Positions 21,864-30,994 of a DNA stretch of 51,664 nt are shown piece by piece. A program made the translations under genes and the position numbers. Where the stretch lies: assembly GCA_031416075.1 (NCBI GenBank), contig JANOSY010000093.1:1-51664 (forward strand), given 5' to 3'. The DNA comes from Candidatus Tenderia sp. GTDB lineage: Bacteria; Pseudomonadota; Gammaproteobacteria; Tenderiales; Tenderiaceae. Each line of letters begins with the position of its first letter. Position 1 is the first letter of the stretch. The notes below the pieces were generated by a model that was not told the DNA's origin, ran no database searches, and saw only the letters and a program-made list of their open reading frames with translations.

Positions 21864-22940
21864 GTGAAACCATCCATACGCAGCAAACTGGAGTCTCTCT
21901 CCGAACGGTTGCAGGAGCTAAGCGCGCTCCTGTCCGAACCCAGCATCATCAATGACCAGAACAAGTTTCGCAGCCTGTCGCAGGAGTATGCCGAGCTCAA
22001 CCCGGTGATCGCCTGTTTTGAGCGCTACAGCCAGACACTCGACGACATCGACACCGCCGAAGAGATGGTCAAAGACCCGGAGATGCGCGAACTCGGATAT
22101 GAAGAGCTTGAGTCCGCCCGCAGCCAGCAGGTGCTGCTGGAGAAAGAGCTACAGACCCTGCTGCTGCCGACCGATCCCAACGACAACCGCAACATCTTCC
22201 TTGAGATCCGCGCCGGCACCGGCGGTGATGAGGCGGCCATCTTTGCCGGCGACCTGTTCCGCATGTACTCCCGTTATGCCGAGACCCAAGGGTGGCAGGT
22301 GGAGATCATCAACGAAAACTTTGGCGAACACGGTGGCTACAAAGAGGTGATCAGCCGCCTGATCGGCCGCGCCGCCTACTCCCGGCTCAAGTTCGAATCG
22401 GGCGTCCATAGGGTCCAGCGGGTGCCCGAGACCGAGGCCCAGGGGCGCATCCACACCTCCGCCTGCACCGTGGCGGTGATGCCCGAGGCCGACGAGATCG
22501 AAGCGATCGACCTCAACCCCGCCGATCTCAAGACCGACACCTACCGCGCCTCGGGCGCCGGTGGTCAGCACATCAACAAAACCGACTCAGCGGTCCGCAT
22601 CACCCACATCCCCAGCGGCATCGTGGTGGAGTGCCAGGATGAGCGCTCGCAGCACAAAAACCGCGCCCGCGCCCTGTCACTGCTGAAGGCAAAACTGCTC
22701 AACCAGCAGATCGACAAACAGGCCGCCGAAGAGGCGCAGACCCGCCGCTCACTGGTGGGATCGGGCGACCGCTCCGAACGCATCCGCACCTACAACTACC
22801 CGCAAGGACGCCTCACCGACCACCGCATCGGCCTCACGCTCTACAAACTAGACGACGTCATGCAGGGCAATCTCGACCCGGTGATCAACCCGCTCATCAA
22901 CGAACATCAGGCCGACCTGCTCGCCGCCATGGGTGAATAA
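21864..22940 (+). CDS. prfA: Peptide chain release factor 1
   Basis: PET and GGQ motifs; between hemA and prmC. Confidence 0.97.
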   Translation: MKPSIRSKLESLSERLQELSALLSEPSIINDQNKFRSLSQEYAELNPVIACFERYSQTLDDIDTAEEMVKDPEMRELGYEELESARSQQVLLEKELQTLLLPTDPNDNRNIFLEIRAGTGGDEAAIFAGDLFRMYSRYAETQGWQVEIINENFGEHGGYKEVISRLIGRAAYSRLKFESGVHRVQRVPETEAQGRIHTSACTVAVMPEADEIEAIDLNPADLKTDTYRASGAGGQHINKTDSAVRITHIPSGIVVECQDERSQHKNRARALSLLKAKLLNQQIDKQAAEEAQTRRSLVGSGDRSERIRTYNYPQGRLTDHRIGLTLYKLDDVMQGNLDPVINPLINEHQADLLAAMGE

Positions 22941-22941
22941 G

Positions 22942-23012
22942 GTAGCCTGGATGAAACGCAGTGGAATCCGGGACCGCAACCCCCGGATTCCGCTGCGTTT
23001 CATCCGGGCTAC
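22942..23012. repeat. GTAG-type REP doublet (inverted pair)
   Basis: GTAGCCTGGATGAAACGCAGTGGAATCCGGG ... CCCGGATTCCGCTGCGTTTCATCCGGGCTAC, 31-bp near-perfect arms. Confidence 0.85.
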
Positions 23013-23021
23013 AGTGAAACC

Positions 23022-23843
23022 ATGAACATCACCACTGTCATCCTGCAAGCAACAACACAGATCGACCGCCTCGACGCCGAGGCACTGCTCTGCCACCTGC
23101 TGCAACGCGACCGCAGCTACCTGCGCACCTGGCCCGAGCGTGAAGTGGCGGACAACCTGATTGCACAGTTCAATGCACTGGTGGCGCGCCGCCAGCAGGG
23201 CGAACCACTCGCCTACCTCATCGGCTGGCGCGAGTTCTGGTCACTCCGGCTCCACGTCACCCCCGCCACCCTGATCCCGCGCCCCGAGACCGAGCTGCTG
23301 GTAGAACAAGCGCTAGAACGCATCCCCCGCACCGCCCAGTGGCAGATCGCCGACCTCGGCACCGGCTCCGGCGCCATCGCCCTGGCCATCGCCAGCGAAC
23401 GGCCAAACTGCCAGCTGGTCGCCACCGACTTCAGCCCGACAGCATTGCAAGTAGCCGCAGGCAACGCCACGCAACTCGGCATCCACAACATTGAATTTCG
23501 TCACTGCAGCTGGTGTGAAGCGCTGGCCAACAACAGATACCAGATGATCGTCTCCAACCCGCCCTACATCGACGCCAGCGACCACCACCTGCAACATGAC
23601 GGCCTGCCCTTTGAGCCGCAAAGCGCCCTTACTCCTGGTGGCGACGGCCTGGCCGCATTGCGTATTATCATCGATCACGCCCGCCCACACCTCGCCACCC
23701 CCGGCTGGCTGCTGCTGGAACATGGCTACAATCAGGGCGAGATGGTGCGTGAACTGCTGCAACAAGCGGGCTATCATGGGGCAATCACCCTTCAGGACCT
23801 TGGTGGCCAGGAGCGCCTTACCCTGGCCCAACTCACTGTATAA
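23022..23843 (+). CDS. prmC: Release factor glutamine methyltransferase
   Basis: LIPRPETE, DLGTGSGAI and SNPPYI motifs. Confidence 0.97.
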   Translation: MNITTVILQATTQIDRLDAEALLCHLLQRDRSYLRTWPEREVADNLIAQFNALVARRQQGEPLAYLIGWREFWSLRLHVTPATLIPRPETELLVEQALERIPRTAQWQIADLGTGSGAIALAIASERPNCQLVATDFSPTALQVAAGNATQLGIHNIEFRHCSWCEALANNRYQMIVSNPPYIDASDHHLQHDGLPFEPQSALTPGGDGLAALRIIIDHARPHLATPGWLLLEHGYNQGEMVRELLQQAGYHGAITLQDLGGQERLTLAQLTV

Positions 23844-23863
23844 CCACTAAAACAGGCCCCCTA

Positions 23864-24271
23864 ATGGACAGACTCAGACTCCCCCGCCCCCTGGTCAACC
23901 AGATATTGACCCAGGCGCAACACTCACCCGAGGCCGAAATCTGCGGCCTGATCGCTGCCAAAAATGGCGCCGCCAGCCGCTGCTACCCCGTGCACAACGC
24001 CGCCGCCGACCCCGTGCACCGCTACCGGATGGAGCCACAGGCGCAGATCGAAGCACTGCGGCAGATGCGCGAGGCGGGAGAAGAGCTGCTGGCGATCTAC
24101 CACTCCCACCCCCATACACCGCCCACCCCCTCCAGCAGCGACATCGAAGAGGCCAACTATCCTGATGCGGTCTACCTGATCATCTCGCTCGACATCAAAG
24201 GGGTGTTGCAGATCTCCGCCTTTTGCATTGCCAATGGTACCGCCAGCCCGCTGGTGCTGGAGCTGCTCTGA
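23864..24271 (+). CDS. JAB/Mov34 (M67) metallopeptidase
   Basis: E-ICG...YHSHP....PS..D JAMM motif. Confidence 0.9.
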   Translation: MDRLRLPRPLVNQILTQAQHSPEAEICGLIAAKNGAASRCYPVHNAAADPVHRYRMEPQAQIEALRQMREAGEELLAIYHSHPHTPPTPSSSDIEEANYPDAVYLIISLDIKGVLQISAFCIANGTASPLVLELL

Positions 24272-24317
24272 TCCAACCCTACCTATTTGATTTATCACTC
24301 ATAACCACGGAACAGCG

Positions 24318-25949
24318 ATGCTCGACGATATTAAAAAAACCCTCTGGGCAGCCGCCGACAAGCTGCGCGCCAACATGGATGCCGCCGAATACAAACACCT
24401 CGTGCTGGGGCTGATCTTCCTCAAGTACGTCTCCGACACCTTTGCCGCCCGCCGGGCGGAGCTGGAGCGGCGCTTTGCGGACGAGGCCGACGACTACTTT
24501 CTGCCCGATTGCACCCCTGAACTGCTGGCGGCCGAACTGGAAGACCGCGACTACTACACCGAAGTGAACGTCTTCTGGGTGCCGGAGACCGCCCGCTGGG
24601 AGGCGCTGCGCGCCGCCGCCAAACAGCCCGACATCGGCAAACGTATCGACGATGCACTGGTCGTCATCGAGGTAGAGAACCCCAAGCTCAAGGGCATACT
24701 CGACAAGCGCTACGCCCGCGCCCAGCTGCCGGACGGCAAGCTCGGCGAGCTGGTGGACCTCGTCTCCACGATCGGCTTTGGTGACGATCCCGGCAAGGCC
24801 CGCGACGTGTTGGGACAGGTCTATGAATACTTCCTCGGCCAGTTCGCCAGCGCCGAAGGCAAACGCGGCGGCAATGATCTCACGCCGCGAAGCGTTGACT
24901 GGCTATTGGTCTCTGTTCTCGCCCCACTTCGCGGCAAAGTGTATGACCCCTGCTGTGGCGTTGGTAGCACGCTTGCGCTCTCTTCAATATATTCAAAATC
25001 GCACGGTGGCAAGCTCGGTGATGTTGCGTTATTCGGGCAGGAATCCAACCCCACCACTTGGCAGTTGGCGACAATGAGTTTCGCTATTCGCGGCATCGAC
25101 TGCAACCTGGGGCGCGAACCGGGCGATACCTTCACCAAAAACCAGCACCCCGACCTGCGCGCCGACTTCATCGTGGCAGGCCCGCCGTTCAACACCAGCA
25201 ACTGGTGGCACGGCAGCCTCACCGGCGACCCGCGCTGGGAGTTCGGCGACCCACCCGCCGGCAACGCCAACTACGCCTGGTTGCAGCACATGCTCTACCA
25301 CCTCAAACCCAGCGGCCGCGCCGGGATTGTGCTCGCCAACGGCTCCATGAGCTCCAGCCAGAACAGCGAAGGCGACATCCGCCGCGCCATGGTCGAGGCC
25401 GACGTGGTGGAGGTGATGATCGCCCTGCCCGGCCAGCTCTTCTTCAACACCCAGATCCCCGCCTGCCTCTGGTTTCTGGCCAAACAGAAGAGCAGCCGCA
25501 AGGGCGAGGTGCTGTTCATCGACGCCCGCAAGCTCGGCACCATGATCAGCCGGGTACAGACAGAGCTGGCCGACACGGTGATAGAGCGCATCGCCACCAC
25601 CGTGGCCGCATGGCGTGGCGAAATCCCCCTCAATCCCCCTTTTGCAAAGGGGGAGGCAACCATTCCTGCGACTGAACACGTTCCCCCCTTTGAAAAAGGG
25701 GGGCCAGGGGGGATTTACCAGGACACCCCCGGCTATTGCCGCAGCGTCAAGCTGGCGGAGATTGCCGAACACGGCCACGTGCTCACCCCCGGCCGCTATG
25801 TCGGTGCCGAGGCGGTGGAAGATAACGACGAAGCCTTTGCCGACAAGATGCAGGCCCTCACGGAGAAGCTGGGGGAGCAGATGGCGAAGGGGGCAGAGCT
25901 TGACCAGTTGATCCGGCAGAAGCTGGGAGGGTTGGGGTATGAGTTCTGA
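24318..25949 (+). CDS. hsdM: Type I RM modification subunit HsdM with non-canonical SAM-binding and catalytic motifs
   Basis: LWAAADKLR, LGLIFLKY, YDPCCG, GQESN, GNANYAWLQH and LTPGRYVG motifs; motif IV reads GPPF (25179-25190). Confidence 0.92.
   Translation: MLDDIKKTLWAAADKLRANMDAAEYKHLVLGLIFLKYVSDTFAARRAELERRFADEADDYFLPDCTPELLAAELEDRDYYTEVNVFWVPETARWEALRAAAKQPDIGKRIDDALVVIEVENPKLKGILDKRYARAQLPDGKLGELVDLVSTIGFGDDPGKARDVLGQVYEYFLGQFASAEGKRGGNDLTPRSVDWLLVSVLAPLRGKVYDPCCGVGSTLALSSIYSKSHGGKLGDVALFGQESNPTTWQLATMSFAIRGIDCNLGREPGDTFTKNQHPDLRADFIVAGPPFNTSNWWHGSLTGDPRWEFGDPPAGNANYAWLQHMLYHLKPSGRAGIVLANGSMSSSQNSEGDIRRAMVEADVVEVMIALPGQLFFNTQIPACLWFLAKQKSSRKGEVLFIDARKLGTMISRVQTELADTVIERIATTVAAWRGEIPLNPPFAKGEATIPATEHVPPFEKGGPGGIYQDTPGYCRSVKLAEIAEHGHVLTPGRYVGAEAVEDNDEAFADKMQALTEKLGEQMAKGAELDQLIRQKLGGLGYEF
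25621..25716. repeat. 96-bp palindromic miniature element inserted in frame in hsdM
   Basis: Terminal IR AAATCCCCC/GGGGGATTT enclosing two CCCCCTTT..AAAGGGGG hairpins; exactly 32 codons long. Confidence 0.75.
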
Positions 25950-25950
25950 G
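25933..25950 (+). repeat. Direct repeat copy 1 of the hsdM-stop/hsdS-start junction (copy 2 at 27065-27082)
   Basis: TGGGGTATGAGTTCTGAG is identical at both positions and flanks the first DUF1016 gene. Confidence 0.85.
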
Positions 25951-25982
25951 CAACAACATAATCCAAAAGTGGAGGATGAATC

Positions 25983-27074
25983 ATGAGTGATGAGCTGACA
26001 CCATTGCCTGACTCCCCCGTCGCATCAGCCGTGCCTAGTGGTTACGGCGATTTCCTGCTGGAAATAAAAGCACAAATACGCCAGCGCCAGTTTCAGGCAT
26101 TACGCGCCGCCAATCGCGAGCTGCTGCAACTGTATTGGTGGCTGGGCGAAAACATCAGCCGCCGCCAAGCCGAGCAAGGTTGGGGCAAAGCGGTGGTCGA
26201 GAATCTGGCGCGTGACCTGCAAGCCGAGTTCCCCGGACGTAATGGTTTCTCGACCCAAAACCTCTGGGCGATGCGGCAGTTTTTTAACGAATACCGCGAG
26301 AAACCAAATCTCCAATCGTTGATAGGAGAAATTAGCTGGGCTAAAAATCTGCTCATCATCGCGCGCTGCAAGGACGATCTAGAGCGTGAATTTTACCTCC
26401 GCGCCACCGCCCGTTTCGGCTGGACAACCAAAGTATTGCAACACCAGCTCGACAACCACAGCTACGCCCAATACCTCAACGGCCAAACCAACTTTGATAA
26501 AACCTTACCCGGCACCATCAAAGCACAAGCCATGCTGGCGGTTAAAGACCACTACACCTTCGACTTTCTTGGCCTCTCCGAAGCCCATTCCGAGCGTGAA
26601 CTGGAAGAAGCCCTCGTGCGTAACCTGCGCCGCTTCCTTGCCGAAATGGGCGGCGCATTCACCTTCGTCGGCAACCAATATCGCCTCGAAGTGGACGGCA
26701 AAGAATACTTCATCGACCTGCTGCTATTTCACCGTCGCCTGCGTTGCCTCGTCGCCATCGAACTCAAAATCGGCGAATTCAAACCCGAGCACAAAGGCCA
26801 AATCGAGTTTTATCTGGACACCCTCGACCAACAACACCGCATCGAAGGCGAAAACCCAGCCATCGGCATCGTCATCTGCCGCAGCAAAGCCAAAACCATG
26901 GTCGAGTACGCCCTGCGCACCGCTAACCATGCACTCGGCATCGCCACCTATACCGTCACCCCGCAACTCCCCGCCAGCTACCGCGATGACCTGCCCAGCC
27001 CGGAACAAATTGTTGCACGCTTGCAAGGCTGGGCGGGGGATAGTGATGATGAAGATGAGGGGGCTGGGGTATGA
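25983..27074 (+). CDS. DUF1016/YhcG PD-(D/E)XK nuclease-domain protein (copy 1)
   Basis: N.ELL.LYW..G, WGK.VV..LA.DL, KD.Y.FDFL and YFIDLL...VAIELK motifs. Confidence 0.92.
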   Translation: MSDELTPLPDSPVASAVPSGYGDFLLEIKAQIRQRQFQALRAANRELLQLYWWLGENISRRQAEQGWGKAVVENLARDLQAEFPGRNGFSTQNLWAMRQFFNEYREKPNLQSLIGEISWAKNLLIIARCKDDLEREFYLRATARFGWTTKVLQHQLDNHSYAQYLNGQTNFDKTLPGTIKAQAMLAVKDHYTFDFLGLSEAHSERELEEALVRNLRRFLAEMGGAFTFVGNQYRLEVDGKEYFIDLLLFHRRLRCLVAIELKIGEFKPEHKGQIEFYLDTLDQQHRIEGENPAIGIVICRSKAKTMVEYALRTANHALGIATYTVTPQLPASYRDDLPSPEQIVARLQGWAGDSDDEDEGAGV

Positions 27075-28306
27075 GTTCTGAGTGGGTAGAAACAACATGG
27101 GGTGATGTTGCAACGCTTGAGTACGGCAAAGCTATACGTGATTACCAGAACGCTAAAGGTGAGTTTCCAGTGTATGGCACCAATGGGGCGATTGGCTGGC
27201 ATCACGCTCCATTGTGCAATTCAGCCGGGGTTGTGATTGGAAGGAAGGGAGCATATCGAGGCATTCATTACAGCAAAAAACCGTTTTTTGTTATCAACAC
27301 AGCTTTTTACCTAAAGCCGAAGACTCAAGTAAATATGAAGTGGGCTTATTACTGTCTGCTTACTTATGACATCAATGGCATGGATTCTGGATCGGCGATT
27401 CCGTCCACAAGTCGAGATGAGTTTTATAAGCTGCCCGTCAGACTTCCAAGTTTGAATGAACAAGAACGAATCGCCGAAGTATTGAGCATATTCGACGACC
27501 GCATCGCCCTCCTGCGTGAAACCAACGCCACCCTTGAAGCCATCGCCCAGGCGCTGTTCAAATCATGGTTTGTCGATTTCGACCCCGTGCACGCCAAGCA
27601 ACAAGGCATCGCGCCGGTAGGGCTGGACGAGGCGACTGCTGCGCTCTTTCCTGACAGCTTCGAGGAGTCGGCGCTGGGGTTGGTGCCGAAGGGGTGGCGG
27701 GTAGCGCCGGTTGGTGATGTTGTGGAAAGCGTTGGCGGTGGCACACCTGATACCAAGGAGCCAAGCTATTGGGAATCCGGCATACATTGCTGGACAACCC
27801 CCAAGGACTTGTCTGGTATCCATGCTCCAGTACTGATGACCACTGAACGCAAACTTACAATCAAGGGGCTGGCAAAAGTAAGTTCGGGTCTTCTGCCTAC
27901 TGGGACACTGCTGATGTCCTCGCGTGCCCCAATTGGCTACCTCGCCATTGCGCAAGTTCCGCTGGCTATTAATCAGGGCTACATTGCCATACTGCCCAAT
28001 AGCCAGCTTCCGCCGCTATATATGCTGTTCTGGTGCAGGCAGAACATGGAAATCATCAAGGGTCGGGCGAATGGTTCCACTTTCATGGAAATCAGCAAGA
28101 AAGCCTTTCGACCAATTCCTGCACTTGTGCCACCCATGCCAGTGATTGAGGCATTTGTCGGTGTAGCTGGCACTCTGTTTAACCGCCTTGTCGAAAACGA
28201 GAAACAAGCCCAAACCCTCGCCACCCTCCGCGACACCCTGCTCCCCCGCCTGATCTCCGGCCAACTGCGCCTGCCGGAGGCCGAGGCCCTGCTGGAGAAG
28301 GCTTGA
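27071..28306 (+). CDS. hsdS: Type I RM specificity subunit HsdS
   Basis: Two TRDs with conserved spacers (EQERIA...LFKSWFVDF; VPKGW; LRDTLLPRLISG). Confidence 0.93.
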   Translation: MSSEWVETTWGDVATLEYGKAIRDYQNAKGEFPVYGTNGAIGWHHAPLCNSAGVVIGRKGAYRGIHYSKKPFFVINTAFYLKPKTQVNMKWAYYCLLTYDINGMDSGSAIPSTSRDEFYKLPVRLPSLNEQERIAEVLSIFDDRIALLRETNATLEAIAQALFKSWFVDFDPVHAKQQGIAPVGLDEATAALFPDSFEESALGLVPKGWRVAPVGDVVESVGGGTPDTKEPSYWESGIHCWTTPKDLSGIHAPVLMTTERKLTIKGLAKVSSGLLPTGTLLMSSRAPIGYLAIAQVPLAINQGYIAILPNSQLPPLYMLFWCRQNMEIIKGRANGSTFMEISKKAFRPIPALVPPMPVIEAFVGVAGTLFNRLVENEKQAQTLATLRDTLLPRLISGQLRLPEAEALLEKA

Positions 28307-28520
28307 GATGTTGCCGCTGCGCTTATTCAAGTTTTCTTTCATAACCTCGCGACATATTAAAGACCGCTTTAATATGGCCAGGATTCATGGAAGAACCCTT
28401 GCCAGCTTGGTGGCGGCGGATCGGCAGCGCCTGCTAGAGGATTACTGAGATGGTGATCCTACATTTGGTCAGCCGCTTGCTGGCCCATTCGGCACTCAGG
28501 CAGTAGGCTGCTGCCCGATC

Positions 28521-28609
28521 TATACATGTCGCAGTCGATCTGTATAGAAAAAACCGGATTTCTATACACGTCGCTGGCAATATGTATAAAAAATAGGACT
28601 TTCTATACA
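28521..28609. repeat. Tandem array of TGTATA...TATACA palindromes with 41-42 bp period (related copy at 29733-29785)
   Basis: TATACA at 28521, 28563 and 28604; TGTATA at 28541 and 28583; TTTCTATACACGTC is shared with the fic upstream region. Confidence 0.75.
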
Positions 28610-28633
28610 AGTCGCATCCTGGGATTCACTGAA

Positions 28634-29689
28634 ATGACGCCACGTAATGCCCCTTTTATTCTGCCCGATGGCTACACCGACTGGTTGAATCAGCTCAAGC
28701 AGGATATCGCCAAAACCCAGCAACGTGCCGCGCTGGCAGTGAATGCCGAACTGGTGCAGCTATACGGGCGGATTGGACAGGAGATTTTGAACCGGCAGGA
28801 GAGACAGGGCTGGGGGGCGAAGGTGATTGATCGTTTGGCGCATGATTTGAAAGATGCGTTTCCGAACATGCGCGGCTGGTCATCCAGCAACCTCAAGTAC
28901 ATGCGTTTTTTCGCCCAGCATTGCCCAAACGGGCTAATTGGTCAGCAGCCTGCTGACCAATTGCCGTGGTTCCATATTGTGACGCTGCTGACCAAGCTGG
29001 ACGATGCTGCCGAACGGGAGTGGTATGCCCTGCAAACCGTGCAGCAGGGGTGGTCACGCATGACACTGGAACTGAATATCAAGAACCGTCTGCAACAGCG
29101 CCAGGGCGTGGCCGTGACCAATTTTGTGGCGCGTTTGCCATCTGCCGATTCGGCCTTGGCACACGAAACACTGAAAGATCCTTACCTGTTCGATTTTCTC
29201 GGCTTGGGCAATGACGCACATGAGCGGGAGATCGAAGATGGCCTGATCCGCCATATCACCCGTTTTCTGCTGGAGTTGGGTGCGGGCTTCGCCTTTGTCG
29301 GGCGGCAGTTCCGGCTGGAGGTGGCTGGCGATGAGTTCTTCATTAATCTGCTCTTCTATCACACGCGCTTGAAGTGCTACGTGGTGGTGGAGCTGAAAGC
29401 CACCGCTTTCAAACCTGAACACGCTGGACAGCTCAACTTTTACCTTGCTGCTGTGGATGCCCAAGTCAAAGCCGATGATGACAAACCGACCATCGGTCTG
29501 TTGCTGTGCAAGCAACAGAACCGGCTGGTAGCGGAATATGCGCTGTCCGGCATCGAAAAACCCATCGGCGTGGCCGAATATCAATTGCTGCGCGATCTGC
29601 CAGAAACGCTGGGGCGTAGCCTGCCCAGCATTGAAGAGATTGAAGCCGAATTGGCAGAAGATTTAAACATGCCGGATACGCTGGAATGA
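28634..29689 (+). CDS. DUF1016/YhcG PD-(D/E)XK nuclease-domain protein (copy 2)
   Basis: Same family motifs as copy 1; start set at ATG 28634 because the longer ORF only reads through the palindrome array. Confidence 0.9.
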   Translation: MTPRNAPFILPDGYTDWLNQLKQDIAKTQQRAALAVNAELVQLYGRIGQEILNRQERQGWGAKVIDRLAHDLKDAFPNMRGWSSSNLKYMRFFAQHCPNGLIGQQPADQLPWFHIVTLLTKLDDAAEREWYALQTVQQGWSRMTLELNIKNRLQQRQGVAVTNFVARLPSADSALAHETLKDPYLFDFLGLGNDAHEREIEDGLIRHITRFLLELGAGFAFVGRQFRLEVAGDEFFINLLFYHTRLKCYVVVELKATAFKPEHAGQLNFYLAAVDAQVKADDDKPTIGLLLCKQQNRLVAEYALSGIEKPIGVAEYQLLRDLPETLGRSLPSIEEIEAELAEDLNMPDTLE

Positions 29690-29711
29690 CCGAAGACCAA
29701 CTCGAACAGGA
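29686..29711 (+). repeat. Direct repeat of the hsdR 5' end (true copy at 30995-31020)
   Basis: ATGACCGAAGACCAACTCGAACAGGA is identical (26 bp) at both positions and flanks fic. Confidence 0.9.
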
Positions 29712-29804
29712 AGCACTACACGTCACTTCCAGATTTTCTATACACGTCCCCCTCGATGTGTATAAAAATACCGATTTTCTATACATAACCTCTACGGTGA
29801 GTGA

Positions 29805-30887
29805 ATGATCAACTTCGACCGGGCCAAGCCTTATAACGATCTCCCCTTGTTACCCCCTGCTTTTGAACTGGAAAGCAAGGCGGTTTTGAAGCAGACCATT
29901 GCGGCGCGGGCGGCATTGGCCGACTTGAAAGGCGCGGCTCACAGGCTGCCGAATCAAGGTGTACTGATTCAGGCGGTGGGGTTGCAGGAGGCCAAGCTCT
30001 CTTCTGAAATTGAAAACATTGTGACGACCAACGATGCGTTGTTTCGCGGCTTTGCCAATGACGGTGAGGGTTCAGATCCGATGACCAAGGAGGTACTCCA
30101 CTACAAGGATGCGCTGTGGTCTGGATTTGCCTCGGTCAAAGAGGGAATGCCGCTGACGACACGCTTGTTTGAGACGCTGTATCGCACCGTCAAGCAGGCG
30201 GATGATGGTGTGCGACGCTTGCCCGGTACGCGTTTGTCTAATCCATTCGGAGAGACGATCTACACGCCACCAGAAGGCGAAACGGTTATTCGCGATAAGC
30301 TGGCGGACCTGGAGCGCTTCATCAACGAGCCATCCGATCTCGATCCATTGGTGCGGCTGGCGGTGATGCATTACCAGTTCGAGGCGATTCACCCTTTCCC
30401 GGATGGCAATGGTCGCGTGGGGCGGATTCTTAATATCCTCTATCTGCTTTCTGAACGCTTACTGGATGTGCCTATTCTTTATCTCTCCCGCCACATCATC
30501 GAGAACAAGGCCGATTATTATCGAGGGCTGGCTGGCGTAACCGAGCGCGAAGAGTGGGAACAGTGGGTTATGTATATTCTGCGGGCCATCGAGAGTACCG
30601 CCAATACGACCCGTGATCGAATTCTGGCCATCGTGGCGTTGATGGAAGAGGCGACTACCAAAGCAGAGGCGGTGCTGCCCAAGGTGCAGGTCCCCGCCAT
30701 TCTGGGGGTCGTGTTCCGTCACCCCTACTGTAAAGTGCGTTTTCTGGAAGAGGCTGGACTTGGCTCCCGACCCACTTGCACCAAGTATTTGAAGGCGTTG
30801 TCTGGCATCGGCTTGCTGCGTGAACAGGCTGTCTGGCGTGAGAACTACTATATCAACGATGCATTTTTCAATGTTTTGGTGGAGTAG
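29805..30887 (+). CDS. fic: Fic/DOC family protein (class II, probable AMP transferase with C-terminal wHTH-like region)
   Basis: Fic motif HPFPDGNGRVGR and N-terminal autoinhibitory SSEIEN motif. Confidence 0.92.
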   Translation: MINFDRAKPYNDLPLLPPAFELESKAVLKQTIAARAALADLKGAAHRLPNQGVLIQAVGLQEAKLSSEIENIVTTNDALFRGFANDGEGSDPMTKEVLHYKDALWSGFASVKEGMPLTTRLFETLYRTVKQADDGVRRLPGTRLSNPFGETIYTPPEGETVIRDKLADLERFINEPSDLDPLVRLAVMHYQFEAIHPFPDGNGRVGRILNILYLLSERLLDVPILYLSRHIIENKADYYRGLAGVTEREEWEQWVMYILRAIESTANTTRDRILAIVALMEEATTKAEAVLPKVQVPAILGVVFRHPYCKVRFLEEAGLGSRPTCTKYLKALSGIGLLREQAVWRENYYINDAFFNVLVE

Positions 30888-30994
30888 CCCGATGGCTCAT
30901 GTTAAAAATAGTTACATGAGCTGTTCATCATGTAAAAAATGTAGCGATTTCTTTACATGACAAAGCGATCATGTAAAAACTTAGTGAGTAACAG

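Noticed and set aside
23864-24271. JAB protein as part of a CBASS or ubiquitin-like defence system
   Set aside because: No cyclase, E1/E2 or ubiquitin-like gene is adjacent; it follows prmC with backbone-like codon usage.
24867-25205. Diversity-generating retroelement as the cause of HsdM divergence
   Set aside because: Changes are not confined to adenines, and no reverse transcriptase or template repeat is visible in the window.
25633-25644. NPPF tetrapeptide late in HsdM as the catalytic motif IV
   Set aside because: It lies inside the inserted palindromic element, far from the structural motif IV position, which reads GPPF.
28308-28448. 46-aa ORF directly after hsdS
   Set aside because: No recognisable family, and it reads through a palindrome; cannot be supported as a gene.
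28521-28609. Palindrome array as a CRISPR array
   Set aside because: The 41-42 bp period leaves no room for repeat plus spacer, and there is no ATTGAAA-type handle.
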